A DNA stretch of 64,000 nt from Vicugna vicugna (lineage: Eukaryota): positions 124,001 to 188,000 of the forward strand of contig MU060887.1 of assembly GCA_013265495.1 (NCBI GenBank). Reading direction: 5' to 3'. The position numbers and the translations under genes were made by a program. Shown here piece by piece: positions 60,556 through 64,000 of this stretch. The notes below the pieces were generated by a model. That model was not told where the DNA came from and did no database searches. It saw only the letters and a program-made list of their open reading frames with translations. Position 1 is the first letter of the stretch. Every line of letters starts with the position of its first letter.

Positions 60556-60740
60556 GAGAAGGGAGAGGCGGGGAGAGGTGGGGGGGAGCTCCCCCAGCCC
60601 CACCAGGGGGAAAAGACCCCCTCCCCGCCTCCCACCCCCCAAGTGGCTCCCCCTGTACTACGGGGGAACTCTGTGCAAACTCTGCCCCGGGAGGGTAAAG
60701 GGTGGGTATGAATTGGCAGCGGCTGGGGCTGGTGTTGGTG

Positions 60741-62779
60741 CTACTGGGCGCTAGGGGGCTTGTAGGGCTCCAGGAGGAGAGCAGAGAAGGTGTTGACCTT
60801 GTCTGCCCCCCGAACCTCATGGGGCAGCAGTGGCAGCTTCACAATATGGAAGTCTTCGTACAGGTCCTCCATCTGCAGCCGGGGCAGAGGGCAGAAGGCA
60901 GCAGTCAGGGGGCCACAGGGAGGGCTGGGGGTCTTCCAGAGTCAGGGGGAGAGTATTAGCAAGGGCTTCACAGGGTCATAGGTAGGAGTGGTGCCAGAGA
61001 GGTCAGTGACCACCGGGCTGGACTTCCCACTTCCCAGGGTCAGAGGTGCCCAGGCCAGGCCAGCCATAGTCTTTGAAGGCCAGAATCAGGTCTGAAGTGG
61101 GAGTGAAGGGCAGGGAGTTGGGGCAGAGAAATCAGAAGGTGGGGTGGAGCCAAAGGTCAGAGAATATAGTAAAAAGCCAGCAGCGCCTTGGCTTCCAGGG
61201 TCAGAGGTTTGAGGGCGAGCAGGAGGGTGAGTGTACGCACCTGGTCCAGGTACTTGGCCTGGATCTTGTGGCGGGCCTCACACATCTTGCAGGGTTTCTC
61301 AGGATCAGGGAAGACGAGCTGGTTGACGATGATGTTGTGTGTGTCAATCTTGCACTTGGCCAGCTCCTGGATCAGCCGCTCCGTCTCATACAGCGAGAGG
61401 AACTCGGCGATACACACACAGATAAAGGTTGTCTGCTCCTGCAGGGTGCCGGAGAGGACAGTGAGGGGCAGGTCTCAGCCCTGTCCCCTTCCCCGGAGCC
61501 TTTCACTGCCCTCTAGGACTGCAACTCACAGGGTCCTTGAACTGCTCGCTGACGGAACGGATGACAGGCAGCGTCTCCTCTAGCTTGGAGGCCAGCTGGT
61601 CTGCATTCATGTCTCCCAGGCCCAGCATGTTGCACATCTGTGGGGAGGATGTGTGAGGGCTCGCGGTTTACTTGTGGCCTATGACACTCCCTGCATTGGG
61701 CTCCCTGAACACCTGGGGGACGACCCCTGACACTGCTCTGTGGTTAAAGGTGTGTGCCCTTGAGCAGAGCACAGGGGTCAAACCCTAGCTAGGCCATTTC
61801 TGTGAAACTGTGGCTAGGTAGCTTGACCTCCTAGAGCCTGTTTCCCCACATGTAGAGCTGGGGCACTCTACGACACATCATGTGCTCAGAACAGTGCCTG
61901 GCACATGCTGAGTGCTCCAGAAATGTTACTACCTGAGGCCTAAGTGGGGAGCACACGTGACCAGGGTGGTGGCAGTGGTGTACAGGAGTGTAGGGGCATC
62001 CGGGTTGTCATGTCATGCCATTAATAATCCACGGGGGCACTTGCATGCTCTCTACTTGACAGAGAAGGCCCAGAGAGGTGAAGTGACTTGCTTGAAGTCA
62101 CACAGCCATGTCACACCAGGTGCAGAGCATATGAACCCAGGGTATCTTGCTCTGAGATACGGCCTTTCAAGCTCTGTCTGGGGCACTCAGAGGGCAGAGA
62201 CAGGGACACTGAGTGCTGTGGAGAAGGGGAGAACAGTCCCTCCCCCTCCCCTAGTGAAGATCCACCCCACCCACTGGGGAGCACTAACTGAGAAGGGTAC
62301 ACGGGGCAGGCCTTTGCTGCTGCACATCTAGGGAGCCGAGGGTCCATCTGACTCAAGGGACTCCTGGATGCCCTGGGGCCCTGCCTGCCTGTGAGATGAA
62401 TGGGCTGATCTGGTTCTTGATCTGCATGAGGCGGCCAAGTCCCCGCTCAACAATGGTGGGGAAGTTGAGCAGCCTTAGCGTGTGGCCCGTGGGCGCCGTG
62501 TCAAACACCACCACTGAGAAGTTCATGCCCTTCACCAGCCTGCAGGAAGATCAGGGGAAATGATCAGGCCCGCTCTGCCCCCATCTCCCACCCCAGCCCC
62601 AGGAGGCCCGCGCCCTGCACCGGGCCTGACCTCATGACCTCTGCATAGCTCATGGCCTCATCGATGCCTGGGAAGGCGCTCATTGCTTCCTGCATCATCT
62701 TCTTGCCCATGCTCAGCATGTTGTCTTCCTCAAAGAACTCGTCTGGCAGCTCTGCCACGCCCAGGCTGGGGTCAATCTC
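60741..62779 (-). CDS. GET3: GET3/ASNA1 (TRC40) tail-anchored protein insertion ATPase, 3' portion
   Basis: Exons 62779-62631, 62539-62389, 61637-61530, 61438-61241, 60872-60741. Motifs [29 protein letters not shown] zinc site, C-terminus EPYKPPSAQ*. The first two exons lie beyond the right edge. Confidence 0.97.
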
Positions 62780-62929
62780 CTGGGGGCCAAGGGGTCAAGA
62801 CTCAGGCTGCTGTGGCTGGATTCTTCCAGCCTAGGCACGGGGCCCGAGGGAGCCTGTGGAGTGCCCTGAGCACAGCCCCTCGTCAGGTCATGGCGGGGAG
62901 ACTCCAAGGTGCCAAGACCCTCCCTTGGG

Positions 62930-63860
62930 CACTTAAGGTCTCATGTGGTGGCACCGAATGTCAAACCCTTTCACCAGCAGGTGGAAAATCGCAAACTGTA
63001 TTCAGCGCCCCAGAGGGAAGCCAAAGCCCACTGTGGGGCCTTTTCACTGGCTGTTCCCTGACCTGGGCCTGTGACCTCTTCCATATCATTCCTCTAATGT
63101 GAGTCTTCCCTGACCATCCAATCTAAGAGTGCAGCCCTGATCTCCACTGCCCTGCCTTCCTTTCTTCTTAACATCTGGCCTCTCCTCACATGGTTTACTT
63201 ATCACGTTTCTTGCCTGTCTCCCTAACCAGGATGCCAGCCCCAGAAGGGCAGGGATTTTTCCATTCTTGTTCACTGCCATGTCTCCAATGCCTGCAAGTG
63301 TATGGCACATAGTAGGTCCTCCACATGGATGTAGAATCCATGAAGGGATGATCAAGCCTGGAGTCTCTGATCCATCCTGCACTCACTACCTCTCTTTCTA
63401 TCTCCACCCAAGTCACCTCTTTCTGGTGACATCACTGGTCCTGTGGGGAAGCCCTCAATTCCCTGGTCTCAGAGGTCATTTCCCTGCAGAAGAATGTCTA
63501 CTCATCACCACCCCTCCCAGTCACTCCCTTAATGGGTTATTCCTGGTCAGTGGGCCACCTCTGAGCTCCCACACTCCACTTCCCAACCCCAGCCTCCTCA
63601 CCTCCTGTTATTCTAAACCTCTTTGGGCCACCTCATCCCCACACCCCTGTCCTCCAGTTCACTGTCAGTGTCCCTCTTGGCTGGCACCCTTATCAAGTTC
63701 AGGCTCCACAGGCTTCCTCTGTAAACACTCCCTTTTCCCTCTGTGGTTGGCAAAATCCCCAAGCTGGTCATTCCCAGATCGCTGGCACGGCTGCCCCGAG
63801 ATGAATATCAGGGGAACACAGTTGACATACATCCCAAATCTGACCACCTTGCTCTCCCTT
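62930..63860 (+). mobile_element. L2 fragments in GET3 intron 2
   Basis: CTTGTTCACTGCCATGTCTCCAATGCCT..GGCACATAGTAGG; AAATCTGACCACCTT. Confidence 0.55.
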
Positions 63861-64000
63861 CCTGAACACTTATTTCTAAAGGGCACTTGACGAGCCGGAC
63901 AATCCCCCCTGGGAGTATTTATGCCACATCTTCTTCCTCCTCAAACCCCTTCTGTCCCATCCACCCCTCACTCTTTGCTGAGGCCTCAATGAGAAAACAA

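Noticed and set aside
63267-63890. 207-aa ORF in GET3 intron 2 (antisense)
   Set aside because: Derived from L2 fragments.

Overview
Mammalian genomic DNA, GC-rich and gene-dense. It is syntenic with the human chr19p13 cluster MAST1-RTBDN-RNASEH2A-THSD8-PRDX2-JUNB-HOOK2-BEST2-GET3(ASNA1), read here in reverse orientation. One tRNA-derived SINE and the lack of recognisable Alu, B1/B2, Bov or CAN SINEs suggest a camelid, but that is an inference. I rebuilt exon-intron structures by hand from splice signals and reading-frame continuity. MAST1 (5' part) and GET3 (3' part) are cut by the window edges, and JUNB contains a 132-N in-frame gap. Gene names and human comparisons come from remembered protein sequences, not searches. 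Main oddities: (1) RNASEH2A appears to have lost its last 14 conserved codons and its stop. (2) MAST1 has a second, MAST3-like N-terminus that needs a 32-nt exon. (3) HOOK2 has a 6-nt microexon. (4) THSD8 exon 1 is phase-compatible with RNASEH2A exon 2. (5) An RE1 site and CRX-type sites sit in the MAST1/RTBDN divergent promoter. (6) GET3 has a GC-AG intron. I found no prokaryotic-type system, CRISPR array or true tRNA/rRNA gene, and most of the supplied ORFs are GC-rich or repeat artefacts.
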